A DNA stretch of 64,000 bases from the human T2T-CHM13v2.0 reference genome, Homo sapiens (GCF_009914755.1 NC_060929.1), one strand, 5' to 3'; counted from the first letter of the stretch, positions 28,656-43,399 are shown. The notes: generated from the letters alone by a model not told the origin. Made by a program: numbers and translations.

Positions 28656-29008
28656 ACACAAAAGAGAGACTAAATATTTTTATAAGTTATAAATTACAGA
28701 AGCTCATGAACAGAAACTGGACATGGAAGAATGGCAGCGATTAATTTGTTGAGATAAATTTTTCTCTGTTAAGATTAATTTTTAATGCTGATGGCTAATT
28801 TGTAAGTTGAAAAATGCTCACGCCTTCTCAAATAATTTTAAAATATAAAGACCAAGGTGAAATTTGATAAGAGATAATGGTATTTTGTAGAGAAAATGAA
28901 TTATTTAAATAAATATGTGTCTCAAATATATACAACCTATGGTTCTTTTGATATCATTAATGTATTGAAATGATGCCAATAAAAAGGATAATTTTTAAAG
29001 ATAGACAT

Positions 29009-29300
29009 AGTCTGAGCCCAGTGGCTCATGCCTGTAATCCCAGCACCTTGGAAGGCTGAGACAGGGGGATCACTTGAGGCCAGGAGTGCAAGACCAGCCT
29101 GGGAAACATAGAAAGACCATGTCTCTAAAAAAAAGTTTAAAAATCTGCCACGCATGGTGACACATGCCTATAGTCCAGGCTACTTGGGAGGGTGAAGTGA
29201 CAGGATCACTTGAGCCAAGGAGTTCAAGACTACAGTGAGCTATGATTGTACCAATGCACTCCAGCCTGGGCAACAGAGTGAAACCGTCTCTAGAAATAAA
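29009..29300 (+). mobile_element. AluJ
   Basis: J diagnostics ggatcacttgagcc..ggagttcaagactacagtgagctatgat. Confidence 0.92.
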
Positions 29301-30219
29301 TAGATTTTAAATAAAATTTAAAATACATAAGTAAAATAAAACACTGAGACATGATTCTCTTCACACTAAATTTGAAACAATATGTCTTACAGCAAACTTA
29401 TATCTTGTAGAAACTAAACTTTCTGGACAAGTGCTCCTATGACTATCAGGCAATCAAAAGACCATCATCTCATTCAAGATAAAACACTTTAGTAGAAAAT
29501 TCTTGAGTTTTCTATTTCTTGCTGTAGACTGAGATGCTGTTGTACATTCTCTTAGTATAACAAGCATCCCATTTAAACAACCTCTGTGTAAACATTTGAT
29601 GTACGGAATGATGCTGGATTTGTCTCAACTTTCACTGACATGTTGGCATCTGTCTTCAATCTGTTTAGAAGAATAAGCTTCCAGGTTGTTGTCTATTAAT
29701 AAAATTGCAGCTTTTTTTCCCCATGGCAACAAGAGACTATTGGAAAATATTCTTTTTTCTAACTTTAAGAATTATAGTGTAAAATACCAGTTTGTAGGCT
29801 CAATTTTTAATCAAAATGCACATCTAAGTTACCTAGCCTGAAGCCATAATATAATATGTCACCACACAAATACAAATTCTTCTGAAAAACTATATAACAT
29901 AAAAAGTGCAGCTCAGAAGCAAAATTTCTACCCACCCTCCACCTCTAGTTCAAAAATGGATGTGCACCAACTCTTTCCTAGCTCTTAATAACTCAAAAGA
30001 CAGTTGTAGGCTGTATTTCCCTTCCTTTTTAATGTATCTTAGATTTGCTTTTCATAGGACGCAGAAAGAGTGGTGAAACTTGTTGCAGCTAATTTAATTG
30101 GACAGGGTTCAAGTATAGAATTGTAATCCAGCCCCACTTAGTCTCTTCTCATAACCCTCCCATAGCCTGCATTACACTTGGGAAATAGACACTGTAATAC
30201 CAGGCATGTTCTAGCTTCT

Positions 30220-30662
30220 GCAGAGTAGCCTCATCCCCCTCACATCTCTATTTACTTAACCTTCTCTTCTCTTGGGCTTTTGAAGTAGGCGTAACTCTTT
30301 CCTGCCTTTGGAAACTCATGCATGACATTTCCTCTACCTGAAATGCTCTTGGCTAAACTTGGGCTGTCCATGGTCAATGCATGCATCAGGCTTTAGTTTG
30401 GTTTACTCCCTCAGATTCCAAGTCTACATCAATGTTTCTATTATATTCTCTCATATATTTTACAGTTTTAGTATATATATGTGTATATATATCATTACAA
30501 AATGTGATGTCTTATTTGAGATAGTATTTGTTTAAAGACTGACATCCACATTAAAGTGAAACTCCATCAGGGAAGGAAAAGAATCTTTCCTACTACATAT
30601 TTTGTGCTTCACCTAGTACCATTAATAAACAAAAGGATTCAATACATACTTATTGTGTGAAT
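30220..30662 (+). mobile_element. L2 3' end
   Basis: tttcctgcct...ttcctctacctgaaatgctctt...aactccatcaggga...ttcaatacatacttattg. Confidence 0.65.
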
Positions 30663-31163
30663 CATCTGCCTCATAAATAGTTGCTCTGCTAGCTTACCAA
30701 AAATTTCTATAAAGAGCTCTATAAAGCAAGCTTTTGGTTTAAGATGCAATCAAGGTCAGAGCCAGTCAAGGGTCAACAAAATGCCAAATCGTTATCTTTG
30801 AACAACATTGTACTGTAGCTCTCTATAGTTTAGAAACACCTGTTTCTAAGTATTATTTATGGACAACACTTTATAATTGTTAGTATAAGTATTCACTTTG
30901 GCTAATGTGGACCAGCCAAGATCTGATACAATTTATTCTCGAAAAATGGCCTAATCCAATTAGGATTTCACTTTCCATTTTCCCATATTATAGCTGTAAC
31001 TGAGACACTGTCGAAGTGATGTCATTTGCATTCTTCAATAATGAATGCTTCCTTCAAAAAATTAAAATCAGATTAGATTTTGTAAGATACTGCTATGACA
31101 AAGATAACCACCTAAGTCTTATTTGAATAATAGATTGGGAATATAAGCAAGGCATTGATTTTC

Positions 31164-31655
31164 AAATCCTGCCATTTGCAACAACATGTGTGAACCTGGA
31201 GGCCATTGTGCTAAGTGAAATAAGCAGATGCAGAAAGACAAATATTGCATGATCTCACTTATATGTGGAATCCAAAATTGTAAAACTCATCAAAACAGAG
31301 AGTCGAATGGTGGTTTACAGGGGATGGGGGAAGGAAAAATGGGGAGATGTTGGTCAAAGGGAACAAAATTTCAGTTATGCAGGATGAGTAAGTTCTAGAG
31401 ATCTGATGTACAACAATGTGACTACAGTTGACAATATTGTATTGTGCAATTGGAATTTGCTAAAAGGGTAGTTTTAAGTGTTGTCACCACAAAAAAGAAA
31501 GAAAAATGCTAATGATGTGAGCTGATGGATATGTTAATTAACTTCATTATGATGAAAAATATTTATATATACACACACATCTAATGAAATAATCACATTG
31601 TATACCTTAAATTTATTTAAGTGTCATCTATAACGCAGTAAAACTGGGAGAAAAA
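31164..31655 (+). mobile_element. L1MA (about MA8-10) 3'UTR
   Basis: aaatcctgccatttgcaacaacatg..gaacctggagg..attgtgctaagtgaaataagc...tctcacttatatgtggaatc...gtaaaactggg. Confidence 0.9.
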
Positions 31656-32007
31656 GATGTAAACACTTCCCAAAATAGAAATTAAAGTAATAAAATACTT
31701 TAATTTTCTACACATTTTCAATGTTAAATTTAACATTCTAATTCTAAAAAATTATGTGGATACTTAAAAGATCATCTTAAGATGCTCCTTTCTCTTGAAT
31801 CACTGTCAGAAAAATCAGCTATCTGCAAGCAGTAAGTTTTCCTTGACATAGTTAGAAATTCCAGATTTCAACTTAAAAACTTGAAAATTTTGTAACTTAA
31901 AAGAATATTTATAATATAATTATAATCATTTAATATAATAAACGCAAACAAGTTTCTAAAGGACTCCAAGTTAATTATAAATATTTGGGGTTGCATTCTT
32001 AAAATAT

Positions 32008-32361
32008 TAAAATGGTTTGGCTATGTCCCCACCCAAATTTCATCTTGAATTCCCACGTGTTATAGGAGGGACCTGGTGGGAGGTAATTGAATCATGGGGA
32101 CAGGTTTTTCCTGTGCTGTTCTCGTGATAGCGAGTAAGTCTCACAAGATCTAATGGTGTTGTAAGGGGGAGATTCCCTGCCCAATCTCTCTCCTTGCCTG
32201 CTGCCCTCCACGTAAGACATGACTTGCTCCTCCTTACCTTCCACCATGATTGTGAGCTCTCCAGCCACATGGAACTGTAAATATAATTAAACCTCTTTCT
32301 TTTACAAATTGCCCAGCATTGGGTGTGTCTTCATCAAACAGTGTGAAAATGGACTAATACA
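32008..32361 (+). mobile_element. THE1C solo LTR (ERVL-MaLR)
   Basis: atggtttggctatgtccccacccaaat...gtgaaaatggactaataca; 5-bp TSD aatat on both sides. Confidence 0.92.
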
Positions 32362-34943
32362 AATATAGACTTAATATGGCTCTAAACTACTCCAAGCAAT
32401 TTGAATTATTAGAAACATTCCCACTGGAACATATAATGTACTTTCCCATCAGAACCCTTTTCTGGTTATAAACAAATTGCACTTTTTCTATTTTTTAAGA
32501 CTCCAGGAACACTCTAGGGTAGGATCTTGGACGATATATAATTATATTATTTTAAGAGTGTGACTACTTACAATAGCATAAAGGTAATTCAAATATGTAT
32601 TTAGGTCAATGTCCTTTAAAATTATTATCCCCAATATAAATAATAATATCCTTTTATTTAAATAAAAAATGATCTAACATAGTCACATTTCAGTTTCCTA
32701 CAAGAAATAAATACAGTTAAAGATATCCTTGGGTTTGGTCTCTTTAAGTTACAAAGCTATACATTTTTCTACAAGAAAATAGACAACTGGATTAAGAATG
32801 TAATGGATATTTGATTTTTCTGCATAGTATCTACCCAGATAAACAATATATAGTGTATAGATCTATGTAATCAATATATATAAAATTAGTTTTTCTGCCT
32901 GTAACCACATCGAGTGAAAGTAGCACTAAATCAGAAGATGCTTGGGGATGCTTGGAATTAAATTGTAGTCAATGTGATGTACATGAAAATCACATCACGG
33001 AACCCCAAGAGAGAAGCTCAGAAAGTCAGCCATCCTCCTGAACAGTTGCAAGTGTTAATTAGAAACCCAGGTACATCTCAAATGGTCAGTTCTATGGAGT
33101 AGGCACCATGGTCAGGAGCAGCAAGGAGTGGTATTTGAAACATTGATCAGCAATTTTTTTCAAGCAGAGTCATCCCTCGATTGGTACTGTCCCAAGAAAA
33201 TTCCAATAATGTGGAGACTTCATTATTATGAACATTTTAATAATGTTCAGAAAAGAGAAGAAAGGTCAGCACTTCATCAAACCCCCACGCACAAGTTGGA
33301 CCCTCCACTGCCATGCTAGTTTCTGTCCAAAGGACAGGCCTCCCAAGCAATGCTGAAGAGGCCAGCTAGCAGATAAGCAAATAGGTAATCAATATTCTTC
33401 TCATGTTCTATATAGCCTTTGACTCAGCATGCTTCTATCATTCAGAGTTTATTGAAAGTTAGCTGAAAATTACTGCATGTTTTTCTACCATTTCAAACTA
33501 GTGAACTTGGAGAGCATACAGCTTTTAAATTAAATACAAGAGAGACTAGTTTTTACATAAAAGAAAAAAAATATCCTAACAGGTGTAAGAAAATGGGATT
33601 TAGATTAGGAAGACAAGTAGATGTTTTATAAAATTTGAATTGACTCACAACAATCAAAGTACAACTAGCAGTAGTTTGGGAATTAGCCTTTAAAGATGGC
33701 AATGGCTTGTCATGCTGATTGTGTACAAGCATCTCCCAAGAACTGACTGGCTTCTGTTTGTTTAGTAAAGATTTCCTACAGGTTACCCCAGTTAAGCTTG
33801 ATAGCTTGTTAAAACAGAGTTCCTGCCCAAGGGCACCTCACAGACATTTCACGTTGTACTAAATGGCAACATAAAGTCTACATTCTTAGACAGGAAACAG
33901 TTTGTTTATCAAATCTTCCTGGGTTTCCCACCTTAGGTGCATATTTGCAAACCAAATTTGTGACGCATCATGTATTGGTTCACATCTCAGATACCAGGAC
34001 ATGGAGTAGGTGAAAATCAGACATCTGTAAAAAAGATAAGTTTACCTCTAGGTGTAATTTTGCTGTAATTAGTATGTGCTCTGGGAACACTTCTGTCACT
34101 TTTCAATAGGCTGATAATTCTCAATTAGCATACAATGCAAAATATGCATAGTTACTGGAGAAAGTTTGTATGGCAATGATTTTATGAAAGATAAAATATA
34201 CCCCACCTGTTTTAAGAAAAAAATATTGTTTCCAAATACATAGAGGGTTTTTTTGCATATTACGCATGTTAAAACAGAACATGTCTAGCTCATCCAAGTT
34301 TATAATTTTGATTGTTTTTGACTCTAAGTGAAGTTAGACTCTTTGATAGAGAATGGCAATACAATCTCTAATAGACGTAGGTCCATGAGAATTCATTTTA
34401 CAAATATACACTCAAAAGTATAAGGATTAAATGATCTTCTATTGGTTGCTTAAAATTTTAATTCATAAAAACTGTCAATATCTTAAAGGAACCTCAGTGT
34501 AGCTACATATTTAAAAGAGAGAAAAAGAGGAAATAGCAAAATTACCTCCAATGATTGAGGCAGAAAGATAACATTTGATTGCTTTGCCTTTGAACTGAAA
34601 AATAAGTTTTTAACTATATTTTTATGTTGATATAATTATGGATTTATATGCCATTATAAGAAATAATACAGAAAGGTCCCTAGTACGCTTACCCGGTTTT
34701 CTTGAATTTGGGAAAATTATAGAAAATGTCACAAGCAGGATGTTGGAATTCATGTATTCAAAGATATAGGACAGTTTTATTACCACAATAATCTCTGCTA
34801 TTGGCCTTTTTTAGCCACACCTATGTCCCTGCCCAAACCTCCAACCTCACCCCTAACCCCTGACAACTACTAATATCTTCTCGATTTCTAAAATGTTGTC
34901 ATTTCAGTAATGATAGATGAATGGAATCATACAGCATGTAATC

Positions 34944-35246
<303 letters not shown>

Positions 35247-35970
35247 AGCATGTAATCTTTGAGGAATTAATTTTTTTCAACATAATTTCCTGGATAATTC
35301 AAATTGTTTTGTGTATCAATTGTTCACTTCTTTTTATTGCTAAGTAGTATCTCATGATATTGATGTACCACAGTTTAACCATTTACCATTTGAAGGACAT
35401 CTGGGTAGTTTCTAGTTTTTGACTATTAGAAATAAAGTTGCCAAGAACATTCATGTATAGGTTTTTGCAGTAAAACAAATGTTTATTTCTCTGGTATAAA
35501 GTCTAAAGAGTGCAAATGCTAGATCCCATGGTAGTTACACATTTAGTTTTTTTGAGAAACTGCGAAATTATACTCCAAATATTATTTGCCAAAATAGCCG
35601 TACTATTTTACATTCTCACCAGCAGTATATGAATAAAACAGTTTCTCTACATCCTCACCAGCATTTGGTGTTGTCAATATTCTTTATTTTAGGCTTCGTG
35701 ATGTGTAATATTTTACTGTGTTCTTTACTTTCCTTAATGGCTAATTATGTTGAATATCTTTCTGTGTGCTTCTTTGCCTTTATCTTTGGCAAAATGTCTG
35801 TTTATGTCTTTTGCCCATTTTCTATTATTTTTCTTTTTACTGAAGAGTTTTGATAAATCTTTGTATATTCTGGATACTATTATTTTGTTAAGTGAATCTT
35901 CTCTTGTTATGTTTCATGTCTTCTATGTGCATATGTAGTAGGTGGGTGGGGACTTGTCTCTTTATTCTTT

Positions 35971-36272
<302 letters not shown>

Positions 36273-36459
36273 CAGTCTCCTTATTCTTTAATAGAATTTT
36301 AATGCAAAATGTTGCAGAGCAAAAGGTTTTTATTTTGAGAAGGTCCAATTTTTTTAATGGATTATGCTTTTGATGTCAAAGCTCAAGTGTAAGAACTCTT
36401 TTTTTTTTCCCATGAGACAGAATCTCAGTCTTCCCGTCTTTGCTTAGCCCTAGATGTGA

Positions 36460-36766
<307 letters not shown>

Positions 36767-37829
36767 AGATTCTCCCCTACTTTTTTTTTTTAACTTTTGT
36801 AGTTTTATGTTTTTACACTTTGAATCTGTGACCCATTTGGAATTAATTTTTGTATAAGATTTGAGACTTAGATCAAAATTGATTGATTGATTGGTTGCCT
36901 GTAGATGTCCAATTGCTCCAGCACTATTTGTCAAAAGTCTATCCTTCCTCTATTGAATTTCTTTTGTGCTTTTGTCCAAAATGAGTTGCGCCAGTTTGTC
37001 TGGGTTTATTTCTGTTACCTATTCTGTTCCATTGATTCGTGTGTCTATTCCTCTGCTAATACCACACTGTCTTGATTTGTGTAGCTATATACTAGGACTT
37101 ATATTGGATAGAGTGATTCCTCCCACATTATCCTTTTTTTTAATATTGTGTTACCTATTCTAGGTTTTGCACTTTGGGGGATAAATTTTAGAATAAATGT
37201 ATCTATATCTACAAAAAATCTTTATGCATTTTGGTAGAAGTTGCATGAAACCTAAAGATAAATTTGGGTAGAATTGGCATAATTACTACATTGTCTTCCA
37301 ATACATTAGCATGGTACTTTTCTTCTTTTATTTAGTTTTTTTAATCTCTTTTATCAGCATTTTGTAAATTATAGCATACGTATCCTGTAGAACGAATACA
37401 ATCTTGAAGAATGAAATATATTTATGTGTGAATACTTCATTTCCTTTATGTAGATTTTTAATGTAAATATCATTTTTATGTGACTACAACATTCTCTTGG
37501 AAGTTCCCATTACAGCAAACAAAGAACTTAATGAAGAGTTAAAAATGAAAAACAAGCTACTCTTCCAAAAATAGTAGGCAGAAGCTTTGTTTTTTAAAAA
37601 GCATAAAATTATAGCACTCTTCCTCCAAGGTACTAATTGACTATTGTGTGCCTAATGCCAATTAAGTATTTAAACTTTTGATAGAAGCCTTTTGAAGGCA
37701 TATATCAAATTATATCAACAGTCAGAATGTCAAGCTGATTAGTTTTCTGGCTCCATGCAGGTTTCTTTGATTGATCTTATTTTATCCTGACCATTAAGGA
37801 CTTTGTAAAGCATGATGTTTTAAAGTACA

Positions 37830-38010
37830 TTTGTTCTGGAGTCAGTTGGAAATTATTCTTAGCCCCAGTTCTATTGCCAAATAGATAACTGACCTTAGCC
37901 AATTTACCCTCTTTGATCAGTTTCTCCATCCTTTACATAGGAATGATGACATCACCTTCCTAGGAAAAGAGGATCCTGATTATAACAATTAAATGTGGTG
38001 CTTAGCAAAT
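37830..38010 (+). mobile_element. MIR
   Basis: tctggagtcag...tgaccttagccaattt...cagtttctccatc...gtgcttagc. Confidence 0.65.
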
Positions 38011-38563
38011 TAGCATTTAATCATTGGTATAGGTGCCAATTCTTGTTCTTTGAGAATTCAGAATTATCATTCTCATAAACTTATATGAAGTGAAAAGTAA
38101 TTTATATAATGAAAGCTGAAGAGCAGTACAAAATATGATGATATGATGAAACCATCATGAAGGCGAATTACACATTTTTAAGTATGGTTTAATTTTAGGG
38201 TTCTAGGAAAGTTTTCATTCAAACTGTTTTTCACAATCTTTGATGCAGCTAAACTCCTCCTATTAAATCATTCTATTTCTATTATTTTTCTTCTCCTAAA
38301 ATGCAAATAGCCCTGAACAAAGTAGACCTTAAAACTTTAGTAGATATAGCAATATTTTGAAATTCCTTTATCAAAATTATATATATTATATATATATGTA
38401 TAATATGAGAAGAGCTATGGTGATATTTTTGGAAAATTTCTCAAGAAAAGAAGTTTTGGTTGGAGAGCCTGGATGATGAGGAACCAGCTAAACAAAGAGA
38501 AGAGTAGGACAGGACACAACATTTATTTGCTTATTTTCTTACAAGCTTGATCAAAGTATAAAT

Positions 38564-38812
38564 CACTGGTTCTCAACCGTGGCTGCATTTTAGAATCATC
38601 TTGGGAATTTAATGCATACATACTTACATAAACCCACGCATACACACACATAGATGCATGCATGCATATCTTTGTCAAAGCCCTACCCGAGATTCTATTG
38701 TGGTTTAATTGGTCTGTGGTGGGGCTTGTGCAACAGTATTTTTCTTCAGTGTTTTTTAAACCCTCTACCCTGCCCTGGGATTTCACATACTACTAGGTTT
38801 GAAAATCTCCTG
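38564..38812. mobile_element. MER5A-like (hAT-Charlie) with internal (CA/TA) expansion
   Basis: cactggttctcaaccgtggctgcattttagaatcatcttgggaattt...gattct...aattggtctg.ggtgggg...ggtttgaaaatc. Confidence 0.75.
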
Positions 38813-38839
38813 TATATAAATTACAGAAACTGAATGGAA

Positions 38840-39008
38840 TGAAGTGTTTAGATGTATTGAATTGCTCTCTGGATTGAGAATCAAAGGAATTGGGTGCTAA
38901 TTCTGAACTTTGTGAAAACAATTTGCCTTTCTATATTTTTTCCTTCTCATTTGGAAAATAAAATAGTTTTATTAGGACAGACTCTAAAGATCCTTGTAGT
39001 TCTGAAAT
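38840..39008 (+). mobile_element. MIR3/MIRc
   Basis: ctggattgagaatcaaagga.ttgggt.ctaatt...ttctcatttggaaaat...ctctaaagatccttgtagttct. Confidence 0.6.
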
Positions 39009-41184
39009 AAAAATGTCATTATTCTAAATACTAAAGCCATGTAACATTTCTCCTTCCTCATGCTATTTAAATCAACATTTGTACATAGACTTAGTATGAC
39101 AGATTCCTCCCTGAAGGAGTATTAGATTAATGGATGGTTGGAGATAGTTTATAAATCCCATCCCCAAAGTAAAGCTTTATCAGATATCCTGAAAGAGATC
39201 TGGGTACATTAGGGAAAATAACATTTCCATTCCAGATTCAATACTGATCCATCAAATCTGTTTGCCTGCTGTCAGCAGAAGTTAATGCCAGATGCTTGAG
39301 AGGCAGGCCGGAACAATCCTGAATGCCACCAGTTAACTGTGTGAAACTCGACTGTGGGGAACAATTCTCTCTGGTTCCTCCAGATACTGTTGAGACATTA
39401 TGAACTATTAGCTTTAATTACACTTTCAGTGGCGTAGCTATGAGCGCAAGGATCAGCTACACTCAAATCCAAGTTGTAAAAACCCAGTCACACAGTTAGT
39501 TTCTGTGCTTGAGTCACAGATAAATGTTCCAGTGTGTTCTAAATAATCCCAAGAAATTATTCTGGAACCTGCGCCAGCTTACTTCCTGCTTCTGGAACGG
39601 CAGTGCTTTAATGAATTTCAACTTTTATAAAATGTAGATTTTGATGTTTTGGTTAGGGAACACATCTAAGTAACTTCAGGTTCAGAGTGACGGAGGATGA
39701 ATGCGTGAGACATCTATATGTTCTCTTTTAACATAGGTTTTAAAAAATGTTATTTGCAATTTAATCATGAGGCAGGACAGCATTTTAGCTGAAATGATGG
39801 CAGTAGAAGCTATAGTCACTGCCAAGGGTGCTTGTTTTGGCTCCTCTAAGGTAGAAACTAGCTCACGGCTTGAACAGGCAGCTTCATGAGCGATGGAGGA
39901 CCAAACACTCTAAGGCCTAAATCAAATAAAGATCTAGTTAAGTGCCTAATGGACCTCTCAAGCAGATGCAGACAGTTTCAATATGCTAACTATTGTATAA
40001 GATTATTAGGTTGAGAGTGCAACATAAAATCTTATTAAGACATAGCACAAGATATGGAAAATGGACAAAGGCAAAAGAAAGGCTTTTCCAAATGTTTCTG
40101 GACTAAACTTCAGTTCAGGCATTCAGCATATGTATATACTGAATGACTTTTTTCAAAAAATATTTTCAAAGATAACTTAGATTGAAATTGAATAAACGGT
40201 TCCATTTTTTTCAGACTCTTAGATTAGACATCTTACTTTATTTGATTCACAGAAAACAAATTTTTTAAATTTACAGTGTCCATCAGTTCAATCTGGTCTT
40301 ATGGAAAAATGAACAGCTATTATCTTTTAAAGGTTTCCACCTAGTGGTAAAGTTATTATGAGCAGGAGATAGGACCTCAATGATTAAAGCAGATACAAAC
40401 ACTAACATTAGGCAAGTACTTCAACTTTAGTCTTTTGTGAAGTTGAGAACTAGGCTTTAAGTACATTCATGATGCTGATAGTAGCAATCTACTTAAACTT
40501 TTGTGGGAATAAGGTCACTTTTCTCCTTTTGCTTTACTTACATTGCTGCCTTAATTGCTGTTAGAGATGTCTTAACTCTATAAAATTATAAGCAGTAGTT
40601 TGTACGCTTTTTGTAGGCTTCAGAGAAAGATGCAGCATAAAGTAGCAATTTTCTTTAAGATTAAAAATAAAAACTGGTTTATGTAGAGTCATCAGATTAT
40701 TCATAGTGAATAAAGAACATAACCTGCAAGGGAGTGAGGAGGTATAAACCCTCGCCATTAACAAACCATACACATTTGCTCAACCATCTTTTTAGGTCTC
40801 AATTTCATGCTCTGTATAATGAGGGAGTTGTAATTAAATCTGGGGTGACACATTGGTTGCCATGGGCTAATATGAGTTTTTGATGTTCACTGCTTAATCT
40901 GTACATATTAGAGGAGAGGAAGAATGTGGAAGTGTAAGGGAGGGAGAAAGAGGAGGAAGAGGCAGATAAAGAGCATTTCAAGCTTCTATGTAGAGCAGTC
41001 ATTCTACAGAAGGCCCCAGTCACCATGAGTCCCTTTCCATGCTAGCTGTTTTACTCAGCTACTCATCTGGTCTTTGATGGCATGTGAGGTTGTGTCTCCA
41101 AGTCTGGATGATTTCTAGAGTGACATCTAGATTAAGCCTATTTCACAGTTATCCAGGTATCTTGTGAAATCAAATTAATGGGTA

Positions 41185-41392
41185 ATATTTATTGAGTTAT
41201 TATGTACCAGACAATGCACATTATCAAAGTTCATCCTTACAACCACTCTAAACATCTATCATTTTCCTTTCACCAATGAATGAAGAAACCACAGTTTGTG
41301 GAAGTTAAATAAGTTGCCTGAAGTCACATAGTCAGAAATTGGCAGAACAGGGATTCTAGTCTAGTACAATCCAGAACTCAAGTACCTAATCT
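41185..41392 (-). mobile_element. MIR
   Basis: atttattgag..attatgtaccagaca...tccttacaaccac...gaagaaac...gttaaataagttgcctgaagtcacatag...ggcagaacagggatt. Confidence 0.8.
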
Positions 41393-43399
41393 GCCCAGAG
41401 GTCTGTTTCACATTCCCAAACTAGAGAATTGGCATTTATATTCTATAGTTGACTGGTCACTCTCTACCTAGCTTCTCAATATATCTTAATTTTGAAGATG
41501 CAAGGAAACAAAAAAGAGGTCGTCTTTTGCTTTGTAATGCTGTTACATCTCAGTGCTTCCTAGTGTGATTTATGCAACCAAAACATATTTAGATGAAGGT
41601 AAGCACAAAGAAAAAGGCAGAGAATTGACGTAAGTTTTTTCTCCTTGATTGTGTTACAACTTCAGTATTGACTTGTGCAACAAAATGTTCGAAAGCATTC
41701 AGAATAGAATTTGAAATTTCTCTAAAACAAATGCAGCATTGGGGTGGCACATCATTGTGAATCTGGTCCTGTGACTGTAAGGATGACATTATAGTTTACT
41801 ACTTGACCAAAGAGTTCCATTAGTAATATGATGGGATATGAAAAATGTGGGCTTTAAATGTTTACATTATTTAAGACTAACTCATCTTCTAAATATACAT
41901 TTAAACATTTTTGGGGACATTATGAGGGAGAAAAGGTAGAGAATAATTAATCTGGATGCTTCCAAAGTACAGTTGCCTGTAAGAATCACAAATCTAATGA
42001 TTAAAATGTCAGAGCATAGAAACTTGCATGTAACGTGAAGTAGTTCAACAAGATACATTGTACTTTAATTGTACTCAATGTGTGTGATTCAGATGGATCA
42101 ATTGTAAAAAGTAGGGCAACATACTGATTAAAAAGTTCATTGTTTTTTCAATAACATTTTACTATGTTGTTTTCATGAGAAATTGCTAAAACTTGCCTTG
42201 AAATGCTGATGGAATTCTAAGCATATTCAGGCATCAAAACTCATTGTGCATTTGAAATTTCTCCATGGTCTGTTCTGAATAAACTGGCCACTGGGGTTAA
42301 TAGTCATCAAGCCAGGACTTTCTGACCTATTGGAAATTTAGATCGTAGCTTATTTTGTACTGCAGCATCCTGTGCTGGTCCTCTAAGGACTCAGCACAAA
42401 CTGTAGAAAGCAATTATGAGCTTGGAAAGAGATGAAGCCAGAGAGAGCAAGATTCGCTTCTTAAAACTTTTCTTTTTCTCCTTCTTAATATTAATGTTTC
42501 CCTCCACAATGAGTTAACAGAATGAGGTAGAGAAAAGTTCCCCCTACTTTGCAAAGTTGAACCTTTTTCTTTCCTTGCTTAGGTGATAGCACTGACACTT
42601 CACACAGAGGGCTAATTTACATTTAATGCCTTGGAAATTAATTATAGAGAATAAAGATAATTGTAAAAGTACCCCCATATGCACTTCCAAAAATAAACAA
42701 ACAAACCACATCATGATTACTAAACAGCCATCTAATGCTTAATTTTATGCACAGTGGGAAGGGCACCAGTAGTCTGGAAAGGGATGGAGGAAAGAGAAGA
42801 AAGGATACTAATTTGAAATATGTAACAGCAGAGGCAGTTTTACGTGGTAATGACCTGCAGCTTTCCCAGCAGGAGCAGAAGTCCTCAAAGCTTTATGCGT
42901 GGAGTCCAAGGACATGCTTACTGGAATTTGGGCCCAGCCAGTCAGCCAAATTACTTAAATAATGATTTAACCAAGTTCGAGACTTTTTCCTGTGCCAGTG
43001 GGTGGGTATGCCAGGCATAAGCATATTGCTTTTGCTGTTATGATTAACTGGATATGTCTCATTCAAACAAAATCTCCTGACTAAATTTACACTTCTCCTT
43101 TTATATAGAAGACCAAGATAGATTTGTCTGGGGAAGAAGAATCACAATGCCACCAATATTTATATTTGATATTGCTCTAGAAAAACTCATATAGAGACAT
43201 ATTCCTTTTAAATGTTGCTCTTTACTTCAATGGGGCAAATACAACTTCAAATGTTCACCTTGCCAGGCATCCCAAATGTCCTCCACCAAAGCTTTTATTG
43301 GAATTTTGATGCAGAAAGAGCAACAAGAAAGAATAGAATAAATTCTGCTCAAAAGTCAGCTAATCAAGAGACCTTCATTCCTTGATTTCTCTTTAAAAT

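Noticed and set aside
30830-30849. 9-bp inverted repeat ttagaaaca-cc-tgtttctaa
   Set aside because: Length within chance expectation for 64 kb
40542-40577. Possible 36-nt minus-strand micro-exon (ttatag...aat|gtaagt)
   Set aside because: Poor pyrimidine tract, unrecognised peptide, expected by chance in AT-rich DNA
42555-42660. Strong + strand acceptor (AG 42581-42582) with AATAAA about 70 nt later
   Set aside because: No matching donor or other support; both signals are common in this composition
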